From: Planctomycetota bacterium
Lineage (GTDB): Bacteria > Planctomycetota > UBA1135 > UBA2386
DNA length: 64,000 nt
Reading direction: 5' to 3'
Assembly (NCBI GenBank): GCA_965250175.1
Contig: CBDFNI010000009.1
Location: 728,155 to 792,154, forward strand
Both the position numbers and the translations under genes were made by a program. Shown here piece by piece: positions 55,537-64,000 of the stretch (position 1 is its first letter; each line of letters starts with the position of its first letter). Below the pieces are notes generated by a model, which saw only the letters and a program-made list of their open reading frames with translations, was not told where the DNA came from and searched no databases.

Positions 55537-56984
55537 GGTTCAAGCAGCGGCAACACATACTTCACCGGCACGCCGAAGTTGGAGCCGGTGAAATCCTTCT
55601 GGATGGCAGCGTTCACCCCAATGACCAGGCCCTTGGCGTTGAACACCGGGCCACCGGAACCGCCGGAAGTGGTGACGGCATCGTAGACCAGTTGCTTGTC
55701 CATGATCTGGCCCAGAGCTCCCTGGGTGACATGGGGCTGGATGAAGCTGCGAGCAGCCAGGCCTTTGATCAAGGTCTTCAGGTCCTGCACGCCGGAAACG
55801 ATCTCACCGTAGGTCTTTGGCTCCAGCTTGGTCAAGATGGCGTTGACCCCGGTGGGGTAACCCAACACGATGACCTTGCCGCCGCGCATGCTGTCCAGGG
55901 AACCCTTGTGCAGCGGCAGGACCGGGATGCCTTTGGCTGCCACTCGAAAGACTGCTATATCCACATCTTCAGTGGCGGAGACCTTGACGGTCTTTGGATC
56001 CACCACCTGCACTTTTTGCTTGGGGAAGGTGGCAGTGAAATGCAGGAAGTAGGGCTTGAAGCCCAAAGATTGTAATTGCTGGTGTGTGTTGGTGCGCCAC
56101 CAGGGCTCACCCACGTGCCGGTTGGTGACCACGTGCCCCTTGCTTGAAGCCATGAATCCGGAGCCCACATACTCACTGCGCCAGGGTCGGTTGTTGCTGT
56201 CCAGTAATTCAGTCATCTTGCTGGGATCTTTGGCGTTGGGCCGGCGGTAGCCGTAGATGCCGTGAATCAGGCAGACCCCGAAGGCATATTCTTTCAGCAC
56301 TTTTTGCAGGGCGGCGTTGGCGGCGATGAGTTCTTCAACCACTGGCGTGGTGCGCTGCACTTGTTCCCGCAGCTCCTTCATCTCCGCTTCGCTTTTGGCC
56401 AAGACCTCCCGCGAGGTTTCCAGCTCCCGCATGATCTGGGCTAGATCGGTCCCACTGCCATTCACTTTGCGCTTGGCGCCAAGCCATCCAGCAGCATAGG
56501 AAGTGCCCAACACCAGAATCAGGATGATGAGAGGAAAGCCGACCTTCAGAGTCAGGGTGGCATGAGTGAACAGGTCGCGGATGAAGGACTGGGAAAAGGC
56601 AAATGCGCCATCGGCCTGGCCGACTTCACTGGCATCCCCCAGCATTTGTCGCACGGGCTTGCACACTGTGCCCTTGCGCATGTGAATGCGAAAACGAGCC
56701 CGCGGGCCACCAGCACCAAACTCCAGCATGTCGCCATGCTGCAGCACGATCTCCTTGATCTGCTTACCATTGACGAAAACCTGGCCTTGTAGGGCCTGGA
56801 TGTAGAACAGGCAGTCTTCCTCCCGGTAGGCAATTTCAGCGTGTCGGGCCTGAATACCTTGGGTGTCGGCGGGGAAGCCAACCTGGGCATCTGGGTCGCT
56901 GCCCACCAGGAGATGAACCGCGTCGTAGGTCAGGGTATGGCCACGCAGGGGGCCATGGAGATGCAAGAGTTGAGCGCGCACCAA
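55533..56984 (-). CDS. FHA domain - TM - coiled coil - trypsin-like (S1) serine protease
   Basis: N-terminal FHA (LLVGSDPDAQVGF...ARHAEI...LQGQVFVNGKQI), one TM helix (FPLIILILVLGTSYAAGWL), a coiled-coil-like segment, and the C-terminal TSGGSGGPVFN catalytic-Ser motif. Confidence 0.8.
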   Translation of the reverse strand: MVRAQLLHLHGPLRGHTLTYDAVHLLVGSDPDAQVGFPADTQGIQARHAEIAYREEDCLFYIQALQGQVFVNGKQIKEIVLQHGDMLEFGAGGPRARFRIHMRKGTVCKPVRQMLGDASEVGQADGAFAFSQSFIRDLFTHATLTLKVGFPLIILILVLGTSYAAGWLGAKRKVNGSGTDLAQIMRELETSREVLAKSEAEMKELREQVQRTTPVVEELIAANAALQKVLKEYAFGVCLIHGIYGYRRPNAKDPSKMTELLDSNNRPWRSEYVGSGFMASSKGHVVTNRHVGEPWWRTNTHQQLQSLGFKPYFLHFTATFPKQKVQVVDPKTVKVSATEDVDIAVFRVAAKGIPVLPLHKGSLDSMRGGKVIVLGYPTGVNAILTKLEPKTYGEIVSGVQDLKTLIKGLAARSFIQPHVTQGALGQIMDKQLVYDAVTTSGGSGGPVFNAKGLVIGVNAAIQKDFTGSNFGVPVKYVLPLLEP

Positions 56985-57047
56985 AGCATCATAGAGGAAG
57001 GAATTCTATTTGCTTGCCTCCTTGTTGGGGTAGATTGCCCTTCCCCT

Positions 57048-58214
57048 ATGCATTTGTCCCTGAACCCACTATCTGTCTCATCGGTGCTCCTGTCAGTAAT
57101 TGGCGTCTTGCCTGCACAAGAATTGCCGGTTCCAGACCTCAATGTCTATGGCAACTTTGTCGGGCGCCTGGATGACCGCTCCGTGGTCAACGACGCAGGC
57201 GATGGCATTGACGATCGCTTCAGCCTGCGGGCGGTGGAGATCGAGATGGAGATGGAGGTAAGCTCCTGGATGGATGCTTATGTGGTGCTGGCCATTGAAG
57301 CCGAATCACCAGGCAAGTACGAAACTGCCATCGAAGAGGGCAACCTGTTCCTGCATGATTTGCCGGACCTGGCCAGTGCACCAGTGGATCTTTCTCTGCG
57401 CGTGGGTCGCATGCGCCCGCAATTTGGCCAGTACAATCGTTTGCACATCCATGACCTGCCGCAAACTACCCGTCCCCATTCCCTGCAGACCCTGCTGGGA
57501 GAAGAAGGCCTGGTGCAAGATGGCTTTGCTCTTGGCTTGGGCGTAGGCAATGCGGCATGTGGTGAGTTGAGCTTGACCACCGCTCTGCTCAATGGCGGCG
57601 ACATTGCCATTGCCGAGGACAATGCCGGCGAAGACCCGGCTGTGGTAAGCAGGTTGGCCTGGGCGGTGGATATGTCGCAAACGACTCGTTTTGAATTGGG
57701 TGCATCGGTGTTTGCCGGCCGTGCAGACATGATGGGGGATCTGCAGGCACGTCTTTACGGAGCCGATTTCAGCTTCCATTGGCGGCCGCAGGATCAACAG
57801 CATGAGGAAGGCGAACAAGAACACGGTGATCTGCACGGCCACCATGAGCATGGCTCCGCTCTGGTCTTGGCCGGTGAGTTGTACTATGCAGATGTGGAGA
57901 CCTTGTCCGCCCCATCCCTCACTCCTCTAGGCGGATTTGTCTGGGGGCAGTACCTGCTCTTTTCCCAGTTGCATGTAGGCGGCCGCTTCGACTACAGCGA
58001 GAGCCTTGCCGACGACAACTTGGAAACCCGCAGCACTAGTGTGTTCTTCACCCATCAGACGTCAGAGAATCTGGCTTTCCGCTTGGGCTATGAGCGTTTC
58101 CACAGTGACCAGCCGAGCCTGGATGGCATGGACACCATCTATATTGAGATGAACTTTGCCTTTGGCAGCAGTCACCCGATGAGCAGTAGCGGAATTACTG
58201 GTAACGGGCCTTGA
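57048..58214 (+). CDS. putative outer-membrane beta-barrel/porin-like protein with His-rich loop
   Basis: The start was moved to the ATG at 57048 (MHLSLNPLSVSSVLLSVIGVLPAQE). Strand-like periodicity, IYIEMNFAF near the C-terminus, and the loop QQHEEGEQEHGDLHGHHEHG. Confidence 0.45.
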   Translation: MHLSLNPLSVSSVLLSVIGVLPAQELPVPDLNVYGNFVGRLDDRSVVNDAGDGIDDRFSLRAVEIEMEMEVSSWMDAYVVLAIEAESPGKYETAIEEGNLFLHDLPDLASAPVDLSLRVGRMRPQFGQYNRLHIHDLPQTTRPHSLQTLLGEEGLVQDGFALGLGVGNAACGELSLTTALLNGGDIAIAEDNAGEDPAVVSRLAWAVDMSQTTRFELGASVFAGRADMMGDLQARLYGADFSFHWRPQDQQHEEGEQEHGDLHGHHEHGSALVLAGELYYADVETLSAPSLTPLGGFVWGQYLLFSQLHVGGRFDYSESLADDNLETRSTSVFFTHQTSENLAFRLGYERFHSDQPSLDGMDTIYIEMNFAFGSSHPMSSSGITGNGP

Positions 58215-59235
58215 TGCGCGGTACCAGATAGTCGGCGAAGGCGGAAGCCAGGTCATGTTTGGGGGAGTATTTCCACTCCTTGCGTGCCGCATCGTCGATG
58301 ACGTTTTCCGGCCAGGAATCCACGATGGCCTGGCGTTGCACGTCTGGTTCGAAGGTGATCTGGGCGCCGGGGAAGTGTTCACACACCAGTTCCTTCAATT
58401 CTCCTGCACTGGGATTGAAGCTGGCCAGGTTGTAGGTGTGGCGCAGCAGGTCCTTCTCTTCGGCGGCGGCCAAGGCTTCCAGGGCAGCAATGGCGTCGGG
58501 CATGGTCATGAAAGGAATGCGCGTGTCCGGCCGCACGAAGCAGGCATATGGCTGGCCGGAGGCGGCGGCGTGGATCATTTCCGAGGCGAAGTCGCTGGTG
58601 CCGCCGGAGGGCAAGGTGTCGGCGGAGATCAGACCAGGAAAGCGCAGGCTGCGAAAGTCCAGGATGTGGTCCACCCGATCCTGGGCAAGTTGCCGGTAGT
58701 GTCTGGCGTAGTAACGACCCAGGTGTTCGCAGTAGAGCTTGTTGCAGCCATACATTGTGGAGGGGCGCAAGTGTTCGTTCTCCTTGACGGCGCCGGCCTT
58801 GGCCTTGGTGTCCAAGTCGGGAATGCCGTAGGCGGCGATGGAACTGGGGAAGATGAACTTCACCCTTAGGCCGTGGGAGCGCGCCTGTTCTGAAGCCAGC
58901 TGCAACAAGCCCATGGTGCCACCCACATTCACTTCGTGCGCAGTCTCCGGCGTGAACTCGGCGCGGGTGGAGAGCAGGGCGGCCAGGTGGTAGATCTCGC
59001 GGATCTCGAACATGGCCAACAGCCGTCCCAGCAATGAGCTGTCACAGATGTCACCGACAAAGCTCTCCATGCACATGCTGCGCAGGTCCTCCGGCAGCTC
59101 GCGAATATCGATGGCGACGATGTCGCGCAGCCCTTGCTTGTGGAAGGTCTGGATCAGGCCGTGGCCCACTTCGCCGCCGGCGCCGGTGACCAGGATGGCT
59201 GAGTTTCTGCGACTACCAGTTGTGGATGCTGTCAT
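58195..59235 (-). CDS. NAD-dependent epimerase/dehydratase family (extended SDR; L-threonine dehydrogenase-like)
   Basis: ILVTGAGGEVG glycine-rich motif and YGCNK (YxxxK). Confidence 0.8.
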   Translation of the reverse strand: MTASTTGSRRNSAILVTGAGGEVGHGLIQTFHKQGLRDIVAIDIRELPEDLRSMCMESFVGDICDSSLLGRLLAMFEIREIYHLAALLSTRAEFTPETAHEVNVGGTMGLLQLASEQARSHGLRVKFIFPSSIAAYGIPDLDTKAKAGAVKENEHLRPSTMYGCNKLYCEHLGRYYARHYRQLAQDRVDHILDFRSLRFPGLISADTLPSGGTSDFASEMIHAAASGQPYACFVRPDTRIPFMTMPDAIAALEALAAAEEKDLLRHTYNLASFNPSAGELKELVCEHFPGAQITFEPDVQRQAIVDSWPENVIDDAARKEWKYSPKHDLASAFADYLVPRIKARYQ

Positions 59236-59280
59236 GGTTGGAAGTATACAAGGCAGGACCTTGGTATAAATAGTGAGACA

Positions 59281-60198
59281 TTGACTCTATCAAGGACCAG
59301 TTTTCTTCCTCGGCGGCGCTGGCATCGGATTGTCCTGGCCCTGCTGGTGATGGCCTTCCTCTGGATCGCCTCCGCATCCGCTGTGGTCTACAAGTTGACC
59401 CGGCGCGCTGATGGGCAAAGCGTAGAGCCCTTGCCCACAATTGCATGGGCAACCGCAACGGAGCACAGCCTGCAGACCGCCGATGGTGAAGCTCTGGGCG
59501 CATGGCTTTTTGCCGGCCAAGCGGATCTTCCAATCGTCATTCTTCTGCACGGCAACGGTGGCTCCCGCAGGAACGCTTTGCCCTATGCGGAGCTGTTGGC
59601 TGCAGAGGGTTATCCATCCCTGGCGATTTCCCTGCGTTGCCATGGTGATTCCACCGGCGATGTGAACGACTTTGGTCGAAGTGCAGCGGCGGATGTCATT
59701 GCTGCGGTGGAGTTCGTGGAAAGGAAGTTCCCTGGCCGACGCATTGTCATTCGCGGCACTTCATTGGGTGCGGCGGCTGCCATCTTTGCCGTGGGGCGTC
59801 TTGGTGAGAGGGTGTCCGGCTACATTCTGGAATGTCCCTACCGTGACCTGCACACCGCGGTGCGCAACCGCACCAGCATCTTCCTGCCACCTGTTCTGGA
59901 TACCATTGCCTACCATGGCCTGGCATTGGTGGCGCCCTTGTTTGTGGCCGACCCTTACTCTATTGCGCCGATCTTGGCCATTGGCGGGATTCCAAAGAAT
60001 GTTCCGGTGCTGTTCTTTGCTGGCGCCAAGGATCGGTACGCCACGCTGGCAGAGGTCCAGGCCTTGCACGCCGCCATACCCGAACAGTCCGAACTGGTAG
60101 TGCTGGGCGATGCCGCCCACGGTAGGCTCTTGTTCAGTTCACCGCAGGAGTATTCAGAGAGCTTGCTAGAGTTTTTGCGACACCTGCATGCGCACTAA
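59281..60198 (+). CDS. membrane-anchored alpha/beta hydrolase
   Basis: TM helix IVLALLVMAFLWIASASAV, VILLHGNGG, the IRGTSLGAAAAIF elbow, and GDAAHG near the C-terminus. Non-ATG (TTG) start in the track. Confidence 0.75.
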   Translation: MTLSRTSFLPRRRWHRIVLALLVMAFLWIASASAVVYKLTRRADGQSVEPLPTIAWATATEHSLQTADGEALGAWLFAGQADLPIVILLHGNGGSRRNALPYAELLAAEGYPSLAISLRCHGDSTGDVNDFGRSAAADVIAAVEFVERKFPGRRIVIRGTSLGAAAAIFAVGRLGERVSGYILECPYRDLHTAVRNRTSIFLPPVLDTIAYHGLALVAPLFVADPYSIAPILAIGGIPKNVPVLFFAGAKDRYATLAEVQALHAAIPEQSELVVLGDAAHGRLLFSSPQEYSESLLEFLRHLHAH

Positions 60199-61016
60199 GT
60201 TGTTTTGTCCTCGTTCAACTTGGTGCCGCAGAACTTGCAGTGGATTGCATCCATGGAGTGGCCCTCGCCCAGGCAATGGGGGCAGCATTGGGTGCTGGGG
60301 GAAAGCGGCTTGCCAATGTGCATCAATTCGGCGGTGACGATGCCGGTAGGTACGGCGATGAGGCCGTAGCCAGCAATCATCAGCATTGAAGCCAGGGTCT
60401 TGCCCAGCACGGTCACCGGAGTGATGTCGCCGTAGCCCACGGTGGTGAGGGTGACGATGGCCCAGTACATACTCTTGGGGATGCTGGAGAAGGGCTCGCC
60501 AGGCCCCTCGATGAGATACATCAGTGCTCCGACAATGACCACCACTGTGACCACGGTGCCCAGAAACACACTGACCTTGGGAATACTGGCGGCCATGGCC
60601 TGGCGCAGGGAAGCTGCCTCAGTCAGGTAACGCACCAACTTGAAGATGCGGAAGATACGGAGCAGGCGCAGGATGCGGATGACCTGCAGATGCTGGGCGC
60701 CGACGAAGAAGATGCTCAGGTAAGTGGGCACGATGGAAATCAGGTCGACGATGCCGAAGAAGCTGGTGGCATAGCGCCAAGGCCTGCGCACGCAGTAGAG
60801 ACGCAGGGCGTATTCCACGGTGAAGAGGATGGTGAAGAACCATTCCAGTCCCAGCAGGATACCTGAGTATCCCTCGGATATTTCCTCCACACTGTCCAGC
60901 ATCACCACCACGCCGCTGGCCAGGATGGCCACCAGCAACAAGACGTCGAAGGCTTTTCCCATTCGGGTGTCCGCTTCGAAGATGATTTCGTAGATGCGTT
61001 TGCGCATGTTGTTCAT
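60195..61016 (-). CDS. voltage-gated K+ channel (6TM) with C-terminal zinc-ribbon
   Basis: S4 segment RILRLLRIFRIFKLVR, selectivity filter TTVGYGD, and C-terminal CPHC...CKFC. Confidence 0.85.
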   Translation of the reverse strand: MNNMRKRIYEIIFEADTRMGKAFDVLLLVAILASGVVVMLDSVEEISEGYSGILLGLEWFFTILFTVEYALRLYCVRRPWRYATSFFGIVDLISIVPTYLSIFFVGAQHLQVIRILRLLRIFRIFKLVRYLTEAASLRQAMAASIPKVSVFLGTVVTVVVIVGALMYLIEGPGEPFSSIPKSMYWAIVTLTTVGYGDITPVTVLGKTLASMLMIAGYGLIAVPTGIVTAELMHIGKPLSPSTQCCPHCLGEGHSMDAIHCKFCGTKLNEDKTT

Positions 61017-61074
61017 GAGAATTGGGACGGCGCAGACTTTAACGGAGGGAGCCTTGCATGTCTCTGATCTGAAG

Positions 61075-61109
61075 AAAGGCCCATGCCCTTATAAAGAGCA
61101 TGGACCTTT
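61075..61109 (-). terminator. probable intrinsic terminator downstream of the OsmC gene
   Basis: AAAGGCCCATGC / GCATGGACCTTT forms a 12-bp stem with one mismatch and an 11-nt loop. On the minus strand the stem runs into TTTCTTC. Confidence 0.45.
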
Positions 61110-61138
61110 CTCCAGAAGGGGACCAGACTTTTGCTCAG

Positions 61139-61699
61139 CTACTGGTCCTTGATCACTTCGAGGCTGACAGGCAGAGGGTTCTTCAGGGTGTGGTAGACCA
61201 CTGAGTATTCCGCCAACTGCTTGAGTTGCTCGGCAGAGGCGTCACTCTTCACCTGGATTTTGACCGTGATGCCTTGCAGGCCACGCGGCACATCGTCGGT
61301 TAATCCCAGGAAGCCCTGAATGTCCACATCGCCCTCCAGCTGGGTATCCAGCTCATCAATGCGAATTCCTCTGACTGCAGCGTGGTAAACCATGCTGGTT
61401 GTGAGGCAACCGGCCAGGGCGCTGAGCAGATACTCCGCCGGATTTGCCGACTTGTCCGAGCCGCAGAGTATGGGGGGCTCGTCTGCCAGATGCTCGTATT
61501 CTTCGGCATGCTGGAGTTCCTGGTGAGTGCCGTAGAAGCCTTTGATTTTTGTGCGGTTGCGGGCGCCGTCGATCCATTCGCCATCGGCCCGAAACTTGAA
61601 CTGTGCCAGGCTCGGTGTCTGCTTGATCAACTTGATATTGCCCATGAGGTCGTCCAAGTTTACGCCGTTGACCATCGTTGCTTCTGTTTGCTGTGACAT
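61139..61699 (-). CDS. OsmC/Ohr-family peroxiredoxin-like protein
   Basis: NPAEYLLSALAGCLT (conserved Cys motif of the OsmC family). The start was moved to the ATG at 61699, preceded by AAGGAGAA. Confidence 0.85.
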   Translation of the reverse strand: MSQQTEATMVNGVNLDDLMGNIKLIKQTPSLAQFKFRADGEWIDGARNRTKIKGFYGTHQELQHAEEYEHLADEPPILCGSDKSANPAEYLLSALAGCLTTSMVYHAAVRGIRIDELDTQLEGDVDIQGFLGLTDDVPRGLQGITVKIQVKSDASAEQLKQLAEYSVVYHTLKNPLPVSLEVIKDQ

Positions 61700-61776
61700 T
61701 GAATTCTCCTTATTGAATTGAGTTGTTGAGTCATGCTGGTAGCCGCACCCTGCGACTTGCCTGCATTGGTCCTTGA

Positions 61777-61791
61777 GCAAGCTGTGTGCCA
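61777..61791 (-). promoter_or_regulatory. sigma-54 (-24/-12) promoter
   Basis: The minus strand reads TGGCAC-ACAGC-TTGCT, a perfect TGGCAC-N5-TTGC match, about 78 nt upstream of the OsmC start codon. Confidence 0.65.
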
Positions 61792-61868
61792 AGGCATTGC
61801 AAAGTCGCAATTCCGCCTATCAATGCCTATCCATGGGGGTTGAGCCCACAATCCAGCTTTGCAAACGG

Positions 61869-61921
61869 TCACGAGATTTGGCAAGTCACGAGATCTCACG
61901 CGGAAAATTCACGAGATTTGG
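61869..61921 (-). promoter_or_regulatory. candidate upstream activator sites (three direct repeats)
   Basis: TCACGAGATTTGG at 61869-61881 and 61909-61921 (perfect, 40 bp apart), plus the variant TCACGAGATCT at 61886-61896. They lie 80-140 bp upstream of the sigma-54 promoter. Confidence 0.4.
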
Positions 61922-61941
61922 TGAGCAGCGGATCGCTTGGC

Positions 61942-63975
61942 CTAACTCCGCTCGATACCCAATGATTTGATGCGTGAAGTCAGGGTGGAAGGCTTCATAC
62001 CCAGGGATTGGGCTGCGCCGCTGGCACCGGAGATCTTCCAATTGCAGGCATTCAATGCCCTGATGATGTTGCTACGTTCCATTTCCTGCAGTTCATCCAT
62101 GGTGTGAATGCGGGTGGCATTGGCCTCGCCGTCTGGTGTAGATGTCTGGGTGGGCCTTGATTGGCTTGGCAGCGCCCGGTCAAGGTTCAGCTCGCTGCCT
62201 GAGGAAGTAATCAGTGCCCTTTCTATGACATTGGCCAACTCACGCACGTTGCCCGGCCAGGAATAGGACTGCAAATTCTCTATGGCGGCAGGGCTTAGAT
62301 TCTTGCTGGCCAGGCCCATGCGAGAGGAAAATCGCTTGATGAATGCCTGGGCAAGCAAAATCACATCCCCGCCTCGTTCGCGCAGCGGAGGTACCTGGAT
62401 AGGGAAGACATTCAGTCGGTAGAAAAGATCTTCCCGGAATTGCCCTTCCTTTATGGCTGTCTCCAGATTTCGGTTGGTTGCTGCCAAGACTCGCACATCA
62501 ATCTTGCGGGTCTTGGAACTTCCCACCGGTTCAAATTCGCCTTCCTGCAGTATCCGCAGCAACTTACTCTGCAATTCGATGGGCAATTCACCAACTTCAT
62601 CCAGAAAAATGGTTCCGCCATGGGCCAAAGCAAAGCGCCCTTCACGTTTGCTCGTCGCGCCGGTGAAGGCGCCTTTTTCGTGGCCAAAGAATTCGCTCTC
62701 AATCAAATTGGCGGGGATGGCGGCGCAGTTGACCTTGACCAGAGCCTGGTCTGCACGCTTGCTGGCATTGTGAATCGCCCTGGCGATCAACTCCTTGCCG
62801 GATCCCGTTTCGCCATAGATCAAAACCGTCGCATCAGTGATGGCAACTTGTTGTACATCCTGGAGGGTCAGGCGCAGGGCTTCGCTATTGCCGATGATTT
62901 CGTCATAGCCTTGCAGCTCACGAATCTCCTGTTTCAAGTATTCGGTCTCGGCTGCCAGGTTCTTGATTCGTTGCTCGGCTGCCAGACGTTCGTTGATGTT
63001 GCGTAGGATGAGCGTGTGAAAAACTTTTCCATCTACGCTGTAAAGGGAGAGAGTGGCTTCCGCAGGAAAGTTAGCGCCGCTGGCGCTAACTGCTTGTAGG
63101 CCACCGGCGATCCATTGGCACTGTTGACCGCTTGGTTGGTGTGCAAGATCCCTTGTCAGGCCAGTTAGTTTGCTGCGGCTGTCCTGAGCCAGGTAATTTT
63201 GGAAGTCTTGGCCTTGGAGCTGTTCTCCTTCTTGGCAAAACACTTTTTCTGCCGCCGGGTTGGCCAGGCTGATTCTCATGCTGGAGTCGAACTCGATGAT
63301 GGCGTCCATGGCACCATCCACCAGGCGTCCCAGTTTTTCCTCTCTGTCTCGCACCTCTTGTTCAGCGCGCATGCGCTGACGTTCAGCTGCTGCTCGAGCG
63401 GCAAATATCTTGAAAATGGCCAGGCATCGAGGATTTTCCGGCATGGGCTTCTTGTCCATGACCGCAAGGTGCCCAAGGACTTTGCCGTTGAGATCTAACA
63501 GTGGCACGCCCAGATAGCTGCGCACGCCATGCTTGATAAAATCCGGATCCATTGGGAAGACATCCGCCACATTGTCGGTGATATGTACCAGGCGGCATTC
63601 TTCAATCACTGGCTCACAGGCGGTGTTCTTGATGTCGTACTCGAAGTCTTTTACCCATTCGCCCCCCAGGAGGAAGGCTTCGGCCCGCAGTCGCTTCTGC
63701 TCTGGCAAGTACTCGGTGATCCAGGCGCCTTGGGTGCCCAACACACGGGCCAGGGTTTCTACCAGCGAAGGAAAGAACTTGTCGCCGGTTTGTTCAGCGG
63801 TTCCCTCCAGGATCGAGCGCAAGGCTGCATCCACATCAATGCCTGTGAGAGATCGATCGTCTTCAGCTTTGGTCATCGGTCGGAGCTGGGAAGGGAGAAG
63901 TAGCAGGTGGGTGAGATTGGGAACTATACCTGAGTTGTAGCCCTGTTGATTCGACCTCCTTAGAGTCTGGGGCAT
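61942..63975 (-). CDS. sigma-54-dependent transcriptional activator (GAF-PAS-AAA+-HTH)
   Basis: [11 protein letters not shown] Walker A, the GAFTGA motif (EKGAFTGA), and a C-terminal Fis-type HTH ([21 protein letters not shown]). The N-terminal region is GAF-like, followed by PAS. An alternative start is at 63876. Confidence 0.85.
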   Translation of the reverse strand: MPQTLRRSNQQGYNSGIVPNLTHLLLLPSQLRPMTKAEDDRSLTGIDVDAALRSILEGTAEQTGDKFFPSLVETLARVLGTQGAWITEYLPEQKRLRAEAFLLGGEWVKDFEYDIKNTACEPVIEECRLVHITDNVADVFPMDPDFIKHGVRSYLGVPLLDLNGKVLGHLAVMDKKPMPENPRCLAIFKIFAARAAAERQRMRAEQEVRDREEKLGRLVDGAMDAIIEFDSSMRISLANPAAEKVFCQEGEQLQGQDFQNYLAQDSRSKLTGLTRDLAHQPSGQQCQWIAGGLQAVSASGANFPAEATLSLYSVDGKVFHTLILRNINERLAAEQRIKNLAAETEYLKQEIRELQGYDEIIGNSEALRLTLQDVQQVAITDATVLIYGETGSGKELIARAIHNASKRADQALVKVNCAAIPANLIESEFFGHEKGAFTGATSKREGRFALAHGGTIFLDEVGELPIELQSKLLRILQEGEFEPVGSSKTRKIDVRVLAATNRNLETAIKEGQFREDLFYRLNVFPIQVPPLRERGGDVILLAQAFIKRFSSRMGLASKNLSPAAIENLQSYSWPGNVRELANVIERALITSSGSELNLDRALPSQSRPTQTSTPDGEANATRIHTMDELQEMERSNIIRALNACNWKISGASGAAQSLGMKPSTLTSRIKSLGIERS

Positions 63976-64000
63976 GAAAAGGTTGCTACAAACCCTCTGT

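Overview
64-kb window from a GC-rich diderm bacterium; I cannot place it taxonomically from sequence alone. Most of it is tightly packed core chromosome. In order it carries:
- a minimal aerobic benzoyl-CoA (box) cluster, boxC-boxB plus a small 2Fe-2S ferredoxin, with a divergent BoxR/BzdR-type regulator;
- a radical-SAM/lhgO pair and an ECF sigma factor;
- a HADH/enoyl-CoA hydratase fusion and a HEAT-repeat protein;
- two tandem S46 peptidases;
- a fused E1 alpha/beta 2-oxoacid dehydrogenase translationally coupled to a FabD-like acyltransferase;
- a Kef-type antiporter and a spermidine-synthase-like/zwf/opcA operon;
- nadA, topA and an orphan DNA methyltransferase;
- a GH63-like hydrolase, a lipase, a GNAT and an FHA-trypsin protease;
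- a Kv channel and a sigma-54 activator/OsmC module.

An AT-richer accessory region at about 8.1-23.9 kb interrupts this core. It contains an AlbA_2/HATPase_c_4 protein, a RecB-like PD-(D/E)xK + RNase-H-fold nuclease, an orphan secreted protein and a degenerate tRNA-Arg(CCT)-like remnant. It also holds a nest of insertion sequences: an IS5/IS1182 element, two inverted near-identical IS630 copies, an ISL3 element and an IS3 orfA stub.

The most interesting object is a DUF4062-NACHT-TPR STAND NTPase (NLR-like, candidate anti-phage gene) between the two IS630 copies. An ISL3 insertion with an 8-bp target duplication splits it precisely, and removing the IS in silico restores an intact 1,080-codon frame.

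No rRNA genes, no functional tRNA and no CRISPR array were seen. All domain calls come from motifs read by eye, not from database searches.
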